IMG/VR virus record: IMGVR_UViG_3300030331_006276
Reading direction: 5' to 3' (one strand)
DNA from: a virus
DNA length: 64,000 bases
This document shows positions 25,905 to 35,926 of this stretch, piece by piece; within the stretch, counting starts at the first letter, position 1; the number at the start of each line of letters is the position of its first letter. Under the pieces are notes generated by a model, which saw only the letters and a list, made by a program, of their open reading frames with translations, had not been told where the DNA came from and searched no databases. Made by a program: the position numbers and the translations under genes.

Positions 25905-26567
25905 GATAGCTTCTACTTCTGCTTTCATATAGTTTACATGATAAGACAAAAATCTATCATCTTTCAAATAATAGATAACACATTTTCTACATCTCTTACT
26001 AGTCATTCTCTCGTAGAGATAAGCATACATAGATAGCTGCAATCCATATAAATTAAACTCGCAGTTATGTAAATGACTTACTGGATCCTTTAATCTTTCG
26101 CTAAATGGAGAACTAAATCTGAATCGTTTATTAGTTTTAAAGTCACCTATAGTAAACTCATTTTTATGTTCATAGATAAGATCAGCTGTACCAGCCACCT
26201 TATATTCCTCATCATATAAAAGATTCTCACATAATACATTTTTAAATGAATCTATAGATCGCTCAGCAGCTTTATCATATGATTTACATAACCACCCATA
26301 GTTATCTTTAACATCACCAAAGCTAATATAATCTTCTAAGATCTTATGAATATCTGTACCGCGGTTGCAAGCTCGTACCTTTTCCTTTTCCCACATTTCT
26401 AAAACAAGCTCCTGCGATACTCCTTCTCTATCAGCTACTCTTTTAGAATGACCTTCTCTATCAAAAGGTTGTTTGTATTTGCCAAGTAGAGTAGTTACTG
26501 AAATAAACTTTTCTTTTGTATCTTTATGCGTATAAGTATGAGACGCTTCATCAAACTTTATCTTCAC
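25842..26567 (-). CDS. PD-(D/E)xK exonuclease
   Basis: SVTTLL, GTDIH, AGTADLI...GDFKT and YGLQLSMY motifs. Confidence 0.85.
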   Translation of the reverse strand: MKIKFDEASHTYTHKDTKEKFISVTTLLGKYKQPFDREGHSKRVADREGVSQELVLEMWEKEKVRACNRGTDIHKILEDYISFGDVKDNYGWLCKSYDKAAERSIDSFKNVLCENLLYDEEYKVAGTADLIYEHKNEFTIGDFKTNKRFRFSSPFSERLKDPVSHLHNCEFNLYGLQLSMYAYLYERMTSKRCRKCVIYYLKDDRFLSYHVNYMKAEVEAILASMQQSGAEVPVNNIEKIA

Positions 26568-26655
26568 TATCTAATATTATATACGGAATAATTATAAATC
26601 AATAATAAATTTACAACTCTCTAGAACTACGCAGATTTTAATATAAATATATAAA

Positions 26656-26973
26656 ATGGAACCTGAAAAATCCCTGCTAAAAGAGTTCCTCCAAGGAGGC
26701 TGGGTCGTACCTTTGATCGGTGCTGGCGCGATGCTTGCTCGTCTACTATCTGGAGAAAATAATTATACTTGGGGACAACAACTTAAAAAGATATTTACTG
26801 CTGGTCTTTCAGCAGGTATAGCATGGTTTATACTAGAGCAAACAGAAATCTCGTCTCTTTATAAAGCTGTTACCTACGGTATTATTGGTGTTATCTCCCC
26901 AGAAGTAATAGCAGGTATTGTTAAACTTGGTAAAAAATTCGCTGATAGTCCCGAAAAAATTCTTAAAAAATGA
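26656..26973 (+). CDS. Membrane protein, possible holin
   Basis: Three hydrophobic segments and a late promoter. Confidence 0.5.
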   Translation: MEPEKSLLKEFLQGGWVVPLIGAGAMLARLLSGENNYTWGQQLKKIFTAGLSAGIAWFILEQTEISSLYKAVTYGIIGVISPEVIAGIVKLGKKFADSPEKILKK

Positions 26974-27209
26974 AACCAAGGTATCTAGTATATATTCTAT
27001 CTGCTATAATCTTAACTTTTGTTATAAGAGGCTATACTTGCGCGGAAGAATTAAAGCTTTCGTTAGAGGCTATTCAAGTCAGTGGAAATAAAGCTACAGA
27101 CTTCAATAGCCTTTGCACAACGGTTGATGGATTTAAGAAACATTTACTATTCTCTGGAATTTTTGCAATAGTTATTGCTATTTGTTGCAGGCTAAAAGCG
27201 CCGAAGTAA
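26970..27209 (+). CDS. Small membrane protein
   Basis: Two TM segments and an ATGA overlap. Confidence 0.55.
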   Translation: MKPRYLVYILSAIILTFVIRGYTCAEELKLSLEAIQVSGNKATDFNSLCTTVDGFKKHLLFSGIFAIVIAICCRLKAPK

Positions 27210-27221
27210 ATAAATATACAT

Positions 27222-29627
27222 ATGGGTAAAAAGATTACTGAGCTCAATGAAGGCGTTATACCATATACCGGAACCGAAGAGGTAGCATTAGTCGACGACG
27301 CACAAACTCGACGCGCTTCTCTGAGCTCAATTACAAATTATCTTTCAGGTGCAACTTACCAAACAGCAGCAGGTCAGCCAATCGATAGACCTATAGCCTC
27401 TCCACTGGGTAATAATTTCTTTCAAAAAACTCAATCAACAGTAGGAGACTTAAGTGCTACAGGAAGATTGTTTATTGGTGAGAGTATTGTAAGTAGTGGT
27501 ACTCTAGCCTCTGTTGTTGGTGGAACTGGTAACAGCGCAACAGGTGGTTGTTCTGTTGTCGGCGGTCAACAGAACTCAGCTACTCAAGCTAATACTAATA
27601 TTGGAGGAGGTCGATCAAACTTTGCATGTGGTGCATGCTCGACTGTAGGTGGTGGATTTAGTAACAAGGCCGGGTCTGGTGGCTGTGCAACTGTCGGTGG
27701 TGGTCAAGCTAATGATGCGTCTGGCGCCAGTGCGAGTATTTTAGGCGGTAGGCTAAATTGCGCTAGTGGTGTTTGTTCTACAGTAGGAGGAGGGTTTAAG
27801 AATAGTTCTAGTGGCTCTCAAGATGTTGTAGCGGGTGGTTTTTATAATATAGCTAATGGCAACCAAGCTTTTGTAGGTGGGGGTAAGAATAATCAAGCAA
27901 ACGCGGACTTTTCTACAGCTGTAGGTGGTCTTAGTTCATGCGCAAGATCAGATTATGCTTTTGTTGGTGGTGGTTTTGATAACTGCGCTAGTCAACAATA
28001 TGCAGCTGTTGTCAGTGGAGGTGCAAATACTGCATCAGGTTTAAGTTCATTTATTGGTGGTGGTGAATGCAATACAGCTTCAGGTAACTGTGGTTCAGTT
28101 GTTGTTGGAGGTATGAAGAGTAGTGCGACTGGCTTAAGTTCATTCATTGGAGGGGGTCAGTGTAATACAGCTGGCTCTGAAGGTAGTGCTGTAGTTGGAG
28201 GACATACTAATTCGGTAGGATCTACACTCGGTTTTATCGGCGGTGGTGTTGGTAATAATGTTAATGGAGCTAAGAGCGTTATTACTGGTGGGCAATCAAA
28301 TTCCATTTGTGGGCGCCATTCTACTATTGGTGGAGGTTGTAGTAATATTGCTTCTGATTGCGGATGCTTTTCTACTGTTGCAGGAGGAAGTAATAATAGA
28401 GCTGCGAATATTGGATTCGTTGGAGGAGGGGAATGCAATATTGGGGCTAGTACTTGTTGTTATGATACAGTTGTTGGTGGTTTAAGAAACTGTGCATGCG
28501 GTGGTAAATCTTTTGTAGGTGGTGGTGAGGGTAATAGCTCCTCTGGAACGTGTAGCATTATTGTAGGAGGTGGCTTTAATACTGTGACAAGCACTAATGG
28601 CAGTATAGGGGGTGGTGACGGCAATAAAGTTACAGGTGATGCTGGAACTGTTGCAGGTGGTAAACATAATCACATTACAGCGTCGTGTGTATTTATCGGT
28701 GGTGGTTTTGCTCTTTCAGCAGCAGATCTTTTTTCAACAATTGTTGGTGGTAATAAAAATAATGTACCTGCAACAGGAGGTGGTGCTCGAGCAAGCTTTA
28801 TAGGCGGAGGGGAAGAAAATGTTGTTACATGTGGTAGGCAAGCAGTGATTGTAGGTGGTAGTAAAAATACTACTACTGGTGACGCTAAAAATGGAGTGGT
28901 AGTTGGTGGTTTTTCGAATGTAGTTGGAACAAGTGCTTTTGCAGGCGGCGGTACTAATAACTCTGCATGTGGATCAACTAGTGTAGTTGTTGGTGGTAGG
29001 AATAATAGAGCTCATGGATGTTTTTCAAACATTGTAGGAGGTTGCAATAACGTAGCGCGTAATTGTTACTCTACAGTTGTAGGTGGTCAGTCTTTATCTG
29101 CAGCAGGAAATTGTGCATTTATAGGTGGAGGTACTGCTAACTGTACTACGACAGATCAAGCTGCACTCGTTGGTGGTTTTTGTAATGCTATTTTAAAAGG
29201 AGGCTGTCTGAGTATAATAGGTGGTGGTAGTAATCACACCACATGTGCAAAAAATAGCGTTGTTATTGGTGGAGATGCAAATCAGTTAAACTCCTGTGGA
29301 TGCTTTTCATCTATAGCTGGTGGTCAGCGAAGTTGCATATGTACTAATTTTAGTTTTATTGGCGGTGGGCTTTGTAATACTATTGGTGGCGTTGGTACCG
29401 CATCATCTCCACGACCAGGTGGTGGATCCGGAGCGAGCCGAGCATGTTTTTGTCATTCTTCAATATTAGGTTCTGATATTGTTGCAGTTTCTGGTCATAT
29501 GCTTCATACTAATAGACTCTTTCTTAGTGCTGATTGCTCTGGTTGTGGTATACCAACAAGTGATCCAAAAGTTGCGGGTGTTGTCTGGCGTTCCGGAACT
29601 GACTTAAAGATCTCTGTTGGACCATAA
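27222..29627 (+). CDS. Gly/Cys-rich beta-solenoid tail fibre or adhesin
   Basis: Dozens of ~14-aa (I/V)GGGxxN repeats, N-terminal KKITEL and C-terminal IPTSDP.VAGVVW..G..LKIS.G. Confidence 0.8.
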   Translation: MGKKITELNEGVIPYTGTEEVALVDDAQTRRASLSSITNYLSGATYQTAAGQPIDRPIASPLGNNFFQKTQSTVGDLSATGRLFIGESIVSSGTLASVVGGTGNSATGGCSVVGGQQNSATQANTNIGGGRSNFACGACSTVGGGFSNKAGSGGCATVGGGQANDASGASASILGGRLNCASGVCSTVGGGFKNSSSGSQDVVAGGFYNIANGNQAFVGGGKNNQANADFSTAVGGLSSCARSDYAFVGGGFDNCASQQYAAVVSGGANTASGLSSFIGGGECNTASGNCGSVVVGGMKSSATGLSSFIGGGQCNTAGSEGSAVVGGHTNSVGSTLGFIGGGVGNNVNGAKSVITGGQSNSICGRHSTIGGGCSNIASDCGCFSTVAGGSNNRAANIGFVGGGECNIGASTCCYDTVVGGLRNCACGGKSFVGGGEGNSSSGTCSIIVGGGFNTVTSTNGSIGGGDGNKVTGDAGTVAGGKHNHITASCVFIGGGFALSAADLFSTIVGGNKNNVPATGGGARASFIGGGEENVVTCGRQAVIVGGSKNTTTGDAKNGVVVGGFSNVVGTSAFAGGGTNNSACGSTSVVVGGRNNRAHGCFSNIVGGCNNVARNCYSTVVGGQSLSAAGNCAFIGGGTANCTTTDQAALVGGFCNAILKGGCLSIIGGGSNHTTCAKNSVVIGGDANQLNSCGCFSSIAGGQRSCICTNFSFIGGGLCNTIGGVGTASSPRPGGGSGASRACFCHSSILGSDIVAVSGHMLHTNRLFLSADCSGCGIPTSDPKVAGVVWRSGTDLKISVGP

Positions 29628-29667
29628 TAAGTATTGATCTTTTTTTACAAGGTCATATATATAACGT

Positions 29668-30564
29668 ATGGCTACTACTGTATTTCACATTGAAGGAGGC
29701 ATTGGAAAAAATGTTGCCGCAACTGCTGTAACGCATGCGTATAAAAAAGCAAATCCAAAGCGTAAGATTATTGTTGTTTCGGCTTGGCCTGAAGTATGGG
29801 TTAAAAATAAAGATATTGCTAGATTTTATAGAATAGGAAATACACCATATTTTTATCAAGATGTTATCAAAGGTAAAGATGTAAAAGTATTCGCTCAAGA
29901 CCCATATAAGCAGACAAACCATATTACAAAAAAGACACACTTAATTGACACATGGTGTGATATGGTTGGTATAAAATATAATAGTGAAGAACTTGTCCTT
30001 AATTTTAATTTTAGAGAAATAGAAGAAGCACGAGCATATATGAGTCAGTTTGCTGTTGATCAAAAACCTTTACTAGTATTCCAACCATTTGGAGGACCTG
30101 GCCCTGATCATCAACAGCATCCTTACTCTTGGACAAGAGATATGCACCCTGCTCAAGCACAAGAAGTGGTTGATGGGTTAGCAGAAAAATATAACATTGT
30201 TCATATATGTTATGAATTTCACCCTAAGTTAAATAACTGTCATAGATTTGACAAAACGATTGGTAAAAAGCCATTATTTGCAATGATTGCTCATGCTGAA
30301 AAACGAATCTTTGTTGATTCTTCTTTACAACATGCAGCTGCAGCTCTTAAACTACCTTCCGTGGTGTGCTGGGTTAATACACAACCAAAAGTTTTTGGGT
30401 ATGATATTCATACAAATATCCTTACAAAGGTTGCTAAAGATAACGGTACGGTTGATTCTTATTTTTACGATTATGATTTCGGAGGAACAATACATCAATG
30501 CCCGTATGATAGTTTAGATGAACTACATGATGTTCAAACTATTATTAAAGCAGTTGAAGCTTAA
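29668..30564 (+). CDS. Glycosyltransferase, GT9/heptosyltransferase-like
   Basis: HIEGGIGKNVAAT N-terminus, LLVFQPFGG and FVDSSLQHAAAAL..PSVV motifs. Confidence 0.65.
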   Translation: MATTVFHIEGGIGKNVAATAVTHAYKKANPKRKIIVVSAWPEVWVKNKDIARFYRIGNTPYFYQDVIKGKDVKVFAQDPYKQTNHITKKTHLIDTWCDMVGIKYNSEELVLNFNFREIEEARAYMSQFAVDQKPLLVFQPFGGPGPDHQQHPYSWTRDMHPAQAQEVVDGLAEKYNIVHICYEFHPKLNNCHRFDKTIGKKPLFAMIAHAEKRIFVDSSLQHAAAALKLPSVVCWVNTQPKVFGYDIHTNILTKVAKDNGTVDSYFYDYDFGGTIHQCPYDSLDELHDVQTIIKAVEA

Positions 30565-31382
30565 TAATACGACCCGTAAATATCAGTATCGTTAACATCC
30601 ATATCAGTAACTTGAGTTTTTGATACTTCATTTATATCATAAGGATCATGCACATTAGGATACGTCTTATCTTCTGATGCTGATTGACTAAAGAAGGTTG
30701 TAGATAGTATACCACTCTTTGTACTATCATAAATTTGTTCATTAACAGGCTCACTAGATAAGCCTGACTCAAATGAGTAGTTAAACCTCTTACCACGAAG
30801 TCTATAAACGTAGTGACCAAGTATAGGGTTTAAAGTAGATAAGTCTTGATCCATTCTTTCTGTTACTTGAAACATAACAGAACCTCTTTGATTAGGTCGA
30901 TCGCAACCTAACACTTTAAGATCAATTACATCACCTGCTTTTGGTTCTATTGCTTGTGCTACAGCTGAATAATCAAAATAGGCTGAAGCTGTAGATTGAA
31001 AACTACTTATATGTACAAAGGCAGTAAATTCATCATCTGGATCAAAACCAAATCTAGAAAGATTTACTGCATCATCAGATAATTCAACATACATTTGCAT
31101 ACCTGATAGAGGTCCTTGATATTGCCTTCTGTTGGTTTCATTACCAAAATCTTCTCCATAAAGTAAATCAGCTGCAGATAGATTAAAAGTATTAATATAA
31201 TAATCAACTGGTATACCAAAATTATTAATTAAGTCATTATATGCTTGATCAAAAATTAACTGCTCTGCTTGTAAATTAAATGGATTAACAAGCTGACCAC
31301 ATGAAGGTATTGCAGTCGCTGCTAAAACTTCCTCTGGGAGGCAGTTTAATCTATTTTGATTACATGGAGGGGTTGATGGCAT
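30561..31382 (-). CDS. Neck protein gp14-like
   Basis: EQLIFDQAYNDLINNFGIPVDYY, MYVE..D..., F.FDPDDE.TAFVH and PKAGDVI patterns. Confidence 0.65.
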   Translation of the reverse strand: MPSTPPCNQNRLNCLPEEVLAATAIPSCGQLVNPFNLQAEQLIFDQAYNDLINNFGIPVDYYINTFNLSAADLLYGEDFGNETNRRQYQGPLSGMQMYVELSDDAVNLSRFGFDPDDEFTAFVHISSFQSTASAYFDYSAVAQAIEPKAGDVIDLKVLGCDRPNQRGSVMFQVTERMDQDLSTLNPILGHYVYRLRGKRFNYSFESGLSSEPVNEQIYDSTKSGILSTTFFSQSASEDKTYPNVHDPYDINEVSKTQVTDMDVNDTDIYGSYY

Positions 31383-31383
31383 T

Positions 31384-32418
31384 TTACTTTTTTCTTAACA
31401 TTCCACAAGGTGAACCTTCGTTATCTTCAAACATTTGTACTTCTACACCTGAGTTTCCTAAGCTATTAGTTACACCAGGTTTGTAATCTACTTCATATGC
31501 TGCTAGAGTATCTAATAAAGGTCTACCCATAAGTTGTATTTGGTGAGCTGACCCATTAACAATATTATCTACATGTGGACATTTATGTTTATACTTTTTT
31601 GGTAAAGTGTTTAAGTTCTTTTTTGTTATTCCTACCCTGTTAATATTTTTACCACTACGCATATGAGGATTCATAATTGAGTTACCTTGAAAATATTCAA
31701 AAAATGTCATAAATTTTTCTGAATAAATTTTATCATAAGATGTAGAAATTATATCTATTAGATCACCAATAGCTTCGGTATTACGAAGCACTTTAAAAGC
31801 TAAATTTTCAACACTGAATTCCCCTTCACGCGCTAGCCCACGCTTGCGCATTTTAGATATTTTTTCTTTTAACTTTTTTGCCCTCTCATGTAGCTTTCTA
31901 GCTTCTTCACTATCTGCTTTTGATATTTTATCTTTTAAAATATCTATATCTGTCTCAATAGCTTTAGCTTTTTTAAATACATCTTTTGTATCTATTGAAG
32001 GCGGGTCATAAGATGGTACAGTTATCCACTTATCATCTTTCAAAGAATATAAACCAGAAGCAATATGAGGTTCATCTTTGTCTTGCATATACATTTCAAC
32101 ATCATGATCTCTAAGATTTACATTATGTCTAAGATTCCATACAAAGCGCGGTCCATCTAAAGACTTTTTAACTAAATCTTCATCTTCATTAATATCTTTA
32201 AAATCGATAAGCACATGTACATCTAAATCAGAATATTCATTATAGTTATAATTACTATTACTACCTGTTAAAGTTATATCATGTATTTCAACATCTTGTA
32301 AGTCTAAGCTATCAATAAAATCATCAGTAATTGATAAAAGCTTTTTCCTAATGTCAGGATTAAATTTATTATCTTCTGACCAAAATTTTTGATTAAGAGT
32401 ATTATTATAAAACCTCAC
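31384..32418 (-). CDS. Nucleotidyltransferase-fold protein (T4-like phage family)
   Basis: ITLTGSNSNYNYNEYSDLDVHVL (GS..DxD). GTG start lies 5 nt after TAAATA. Confidence 0.75.
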   Translation of the reverse strand: MRFYNNTLNQKFWSEDNKFNPDIRKKLLSITDDFIDSLDLQDVEIHDITLTGSNSNYNYNEYSDLDVHVLIDFKDINEDEDLVKKSLDGPRFVWNLRHNVNLRDHDVEMYMQDKDEPHIASGLYSLKDDKWITVPSYDPPSIDTKDVFKKAKAIETDIDILKDKISKADSEEARKLHERAKKLKEKISKMRKRGLAREGEFSVENLAFKVLRNTEAIGDLIDIISTSYDKIYSEKFMTFFEYFQGNSIMNPHMRSGKNINRVGITKKNLNTLPKKYKHKCPHVDNIVNGSAHQIQLMGRPLLDTLAAYEVDYKPGVTNSLGNSGVEVQMFEDNEGSPCGMLRKK

Positions 32419-32432
32419 AATTATATTTATTA

Positions 32433-32467
32433 AAAAAGCCCGAAGAGGGGTACTCAACGGGCTTTTT
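32433..32467. terminator. Rho-independent terminator
   Basis: AAAAAGCCCG...CGGGCTTTTT. Confidence 0.85.
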
Positions 32468-32493
32468 ATTGTATTTAATTTTTGAGCGACTTA

Positions 32494-33528
32494 CTATTCG
32501 AAGGCGTTTTTACCTACTGCTAAGGTACCAACTTTATTCTTTCCACCTTTACCATCATTTACAGTATGGTTTAAAGTAGAGCCGGCATCCATACCATAAC
32601 CTCCACCGTCTGTTTGCTTAGCACCACCAGCAGGCTTCAAGTTACTAACTTTATTTTTTCCTCCGTGGCCCATATCTACAGTATGATTTAATGTTGAACC
32701 AGCATCCATACCATATCCACCTCCGTCTTTCATGGCTGCTTCTTCATCTTCTTCAAACTGACTATCGGTTACTTCTTCAACATCAACGTCAATATCAACA
32801 TCAGTTTCTTGCTGTGCGATAGCAGTTTGAAGTAGGTTAGCCATCTCTTGTGCTAATTTACCAGGAATGGAAACTGTAATCTCATCTGGAACATCATCAA
32901 CTTCAACATCAACATCAGTTTCAATTCCTAAAGCTTCGAGTTCAGTTACATCTTCAGCATCTTCGCCAAAGCTTTCACTTACCATTACTTTATTATAAAG
33001 TTTATCAAATACGGATTTGCTCATAAAATTATTTAGGCCAGAGCGTGCAATTTTCTCGTGTTCTTCCAAAAATTCTTCATCTTCTTCCTTAGAATCCTTA
33101 CTCATAGACTTTTCAATAGCTTTTCCTCTCTTCTTTTCATACTCTGAAAGCTTACCATCTTTATTAAGATCTGCTTTTTTCTTATTTTTAACACTATCTT
33201 CTTCGTCCTCTTCAGGTCCAACTGCTCCTGTATATGGTACTTGTGCATATTCCGGACCTGTTGGTTTAGGCTCTTGACAATCTACTGGATCATTACCATC
33301 GCCGTATGTATAGCCTTTTATATTATAGATATTATCCTTTTTATCTTTTTCAGACATTTTAGTAATATCAATTAACGGCTCTCTAAATCCTCCTTTCTCT
33401 AATGGACCACCGGCTTCAAGAGGCGCAGCACCAACTTGACCCTCAGGTACGTTTTCATTTACAACAACTTTACTGAAGACATCTTTATATGCTTCACCTA
33501 ATGATACCCAGTCTTTCTTTTTTGACAT
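32494..33528 (-). CDS. Acidic late protein, possible prohead core or scaffold
   Basis: N-terminal SLGEAY, highly acidic, DLNKDGKLSEYE loop and a duplicated C-terminal DGGGYGMDAGSTLNHTV. Confidence 0.55.
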   Translation of the reverse strand: MSKKKDWVSLGEAYKDVFSKVVVNENVPEGQVGAAPLEAGGPLEKGGFREPLIDITKMSEKDKKDNIYNIKGYTYGDGNDPVDCQEPKPTGPEYAQVPYTGAVGPEEDEEDSVKNKKKADLNKDGKLSEYEKKRGKAIEKSMSKDSKEEDEEFLEEHEKIARSGLNNFMSKSVFDKLYNKVMVSESFGEDAEDVTELEALGIETDVDVEVDDVPDEITVSIPGKLAQEMANLLQTAIAQQETDVDIDVDVEEVTDSQFEEDEEAAMKDGGGYGMDAGSTLNHTVDMGHGGKNKVSNLKPAGGAKQTDGGGYGMDAGSTLNHTVNDGKGGKNKVGTLAVGKNAFE

Positions 33529-33560
33529 GTAATTATTTATGCTAGCTACTAAATATTTCT

Positions 33561-35294
33561 GTGGCCAGACAAGATAATATGTTTTATATGGGTAATAAGA
33601 ATTTACCCAACGTAAACTGGAAAGGTGAATATACTAAACAACAAGTAAAAGATCTTAGAAAAGCAAGTAAAAATATTCTTTATTTTGCAGAAAACTTTTT
33701 TCATATTGTAAATTTAGATAGGGGTAAAGAAAAGATACAATTATACAAGCCACAAAAAAGAGCTCTTAGACAGATGAGAGATAATCGTTTTTTCTGTTTG
33801 CTAGCTTCTAGGCAGATAGGCAAGTCAACTATGATGACTATCTATATTCTTTGGCAAGCATGCTTTAATAATGATCAACGTATACTTTTAGTAGCAAACA
33901 AAGAAGCTACTGCTATTGAAATATTTCAACGCGTAAGAATGGCGTATGAGGAATTACCTAACTGGTTAAAACCACCAGTAAAGGAGTATGCTAAGACATC
34001 TATGACATTAGAAAATGGCAGTCGTATAGGTATTACAACTACAACTGGTACTGCTGCACGGGGTCAGTCTGTTAATTGTTTAGTAATTGATGAGATGGCT
34101 TTTATTGAACCTCACTTAGTTGAAGAGTTTTGGAAATCGGTCTTTCCAATTATTACCTCTTCTAAGAAATCAAAAGTGTTTGTGTGTTCAACTGCTAATG
34201 GTACAGATAATCTATTTTATAAATTATACATTGGAGCTATCGAAGGTGATAACGGATGGGCACATGATAAAATTAAATGGAATGAGATACCTGGAAGAGA
34301 TGAAGAATGGGCTCAAGCTACTAAAACAGCAATAGGATCAGCAGATGCTTGGTTGCAAGAATTTGAATGTGAGTTTATTCACTCAGGTGAATCAACTTTA
34401 GATGACGAGCTGTTTGAAGAAATGATGTCAAAAGTATCTAAACCAAAAATAGTTCTTGATGAAGGTCACTATAAGTTATGGGAAGAACCAGATGAATCTA
34501 AGCTATATGTTGCTGGTGTTGATATATCAGAAGGTGTAGGTGTTGATTCTTCTGTTATACAAATTTTAGATATAACTGATATAAAAGACATTAAACAAGT
34601 AGCTGTTTATAGAAATAACAAAATACCACCATTAGAGTTTACTAACAGATTATATAAAATTTTACGTAATTGGGGTTCACCTTTAGCTTTAATTGAGAGA
34701 AATAATTGTGGTGCACAGGTAGTTGATAGGCTAGCTGTTGATTTAGGCTATGAAAAAATAGTTTCTTATGGAAATAAAAATGCTCATAGGCGAAATGTTA
34801 TGCGTGGAATGATTGCACATACAAATACAAAGTATAAAGGCGTTTTAAATATGCGCTATTTTATGAATGAAATTAGAGTAGTTAATGTTAATGAGCAAGA
34901 AACAGTTGAAGAACTTAGAAATTTTGTACGTTACCCTAACGGTACATGGAAAGCTAGAGGGGGTTTTCATGATGACAGAGTAATGGCTATGTTATATGGG
35001 TTGTTCATTTTAGAAAAAGAAATAACAGAGCGGTTTTTTGAAATTGTTGAAGTGGATGATATGGGTAAGCCTTCTGTTATTGAGCCGATGGATTTTGGAG
35101 TAGAATATTTTGAAGATCCAACATCGATCTATTTAGATGATGAGATAGTAGGTAATCATAATAATGAAATGAATGCTCTAGTATGGGGTATGGGTGAGGA
35201 AGTATTATCAGATAAAGATGAACTCGAAGCTTTTGGTTATCAATTACTGAATGAAAAACCACCTACTAATTGGACAGGTGAACGGATTAGGTAA
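33561..35294 (+). CDS. terL: Terminase large subunit (gp17)
   Basis: LLASRQIGKST, LVIDEMAF, STANG, WLQEFECEF, VAGVDISEG and HDDRVMA motifs. Confidence 0.95.
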   Translation: MARQDNMFYMGNKNLPNVNWKGEYTKQQVKDLRKASKNILYFAENFFHIVNLDRGKEKIQLYKPQKRALRQMRDNRFFCLLASRQIGKSTMMTIYILWQACFNNDQRILLVANKEATAIEIFQRVRMAYEELPNWLKPPVKEYAKTSMTLENGSRIGITTTTGTAARGQSVNCLVIDEMAFIEPHLVEEFWKSVFPIITSSKKSKVFVCSTANGTDNLFYKLYIGAIEGDNGWAHDKIKWNEIPGRDEEWAQATKTAIGSADAWLQEFECEFIHSGESTLDDELFEEMMSKVSKPKIVLDEGHYKLWEEPDESKLYVAGVDISEGVGVDSSVIQILDITDIKDIKQVAVYRNNKIPPLEFTNRLYKILRNWGSPLALIERNNCGAQVVDRLAVDLGYEKIVSYGNKNAHRRNVMRGMIAHTNTKYKGVLNMRYFMNEIRVVNVNEQETVEELRNFVRYPNGTWKARGGFHDDRVMAMLYGLFILEKEITERFFEIVEVDDMGKPSVIEPMDFGVEYFEDPTSIYLDDEIVGNHNNEMNALVWGMGEEVLSDKDELEAFGYQLLNEKPPTNWTGERIR

Positions 35295-35306
35295 TAAATA
35301 TATTAT

Positions 35307-35894
35307 ATGGCATACAATTCCATGCAGCAATCAATTCTCAACAAGTCAAGAGCTGATAAGTTTTTGCTTGTGTTTGATATACCTCCCATCTTGAGAGAAT
35401 TTAATAAAAAATTTAATCAAGATAACACATCAATTATAAGCGATTCTGTTCAATTTTCTATTTTTGGTTCTGCAGTACCTGAAATAACTGTACCAGCTGT
35501 AGAAAATAGATATTCTGGAAGCACGTTATATGTTACTTCACATAGTAAAAATCCTTATCCCCCCGTAAGTGTTAACTTTAATGTAGATAATGAATACAAA
35601 AATTACTGGGTAATATATCAATGGTTAAATTTATTACATGATCAGTATACTGGTACATATAATGCACGGGAAATAAATGCAAACGATCCAGATGAAAATT
35701 TTAAAGACTATCAAACTAATTTATCTATTTTTGGTAAAGACGAGTTTAATAACAATAGGATAAAATTTACCTATACTAAAGCATTTCCAACTACCATTGA
35801 TCAAATAAATTACAACTACCAAACAGCAGATGAAATTACTTCTGGATTTACGTTTGTATACTCGCAATTACATACGGAAGTTATGGATTTTTGA
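35307..35894 (+). CDS. Tail completion/terminator gp3-like
   Basis: FSIFGSAVPEI, LSV.FNVDNEYKNY..IYQWL and AFPT...INY patterns. Confidence 0.65.
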   Translation: MAYNSMQQSILNKSRADKFLLVFDIPPILREFNKKFNQDNTSIISDSVQFSIFGSAVPEITVPAVENRYSGSTLYVTSHSKNPYPPVSVNFNVDNEYKNYWVIYQWLNLLHDQYTGTYNAREINANDPDENFKDYQTNLSIFGKDEFNNNRIKFTYTKAFPTTIDQINYNYQTADEITSGFTFVYSQLHTEVMDF

Positions 35895-35926
35895 ATATAA
35901 TTGTCATGAAATAGATAAATAATTTT

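Noticed and set aside
28157-28803. Short alternative-frame ORFs within the tail fibre gene
   Set aside because: They are by-products of the repetitive GGT-rich coding sequence.
27222-29627. Diversity-generating retroelement target
   Set aside because: No reverse transcriptase and no template/variable repeat pair differing at adenines were seen in the window.
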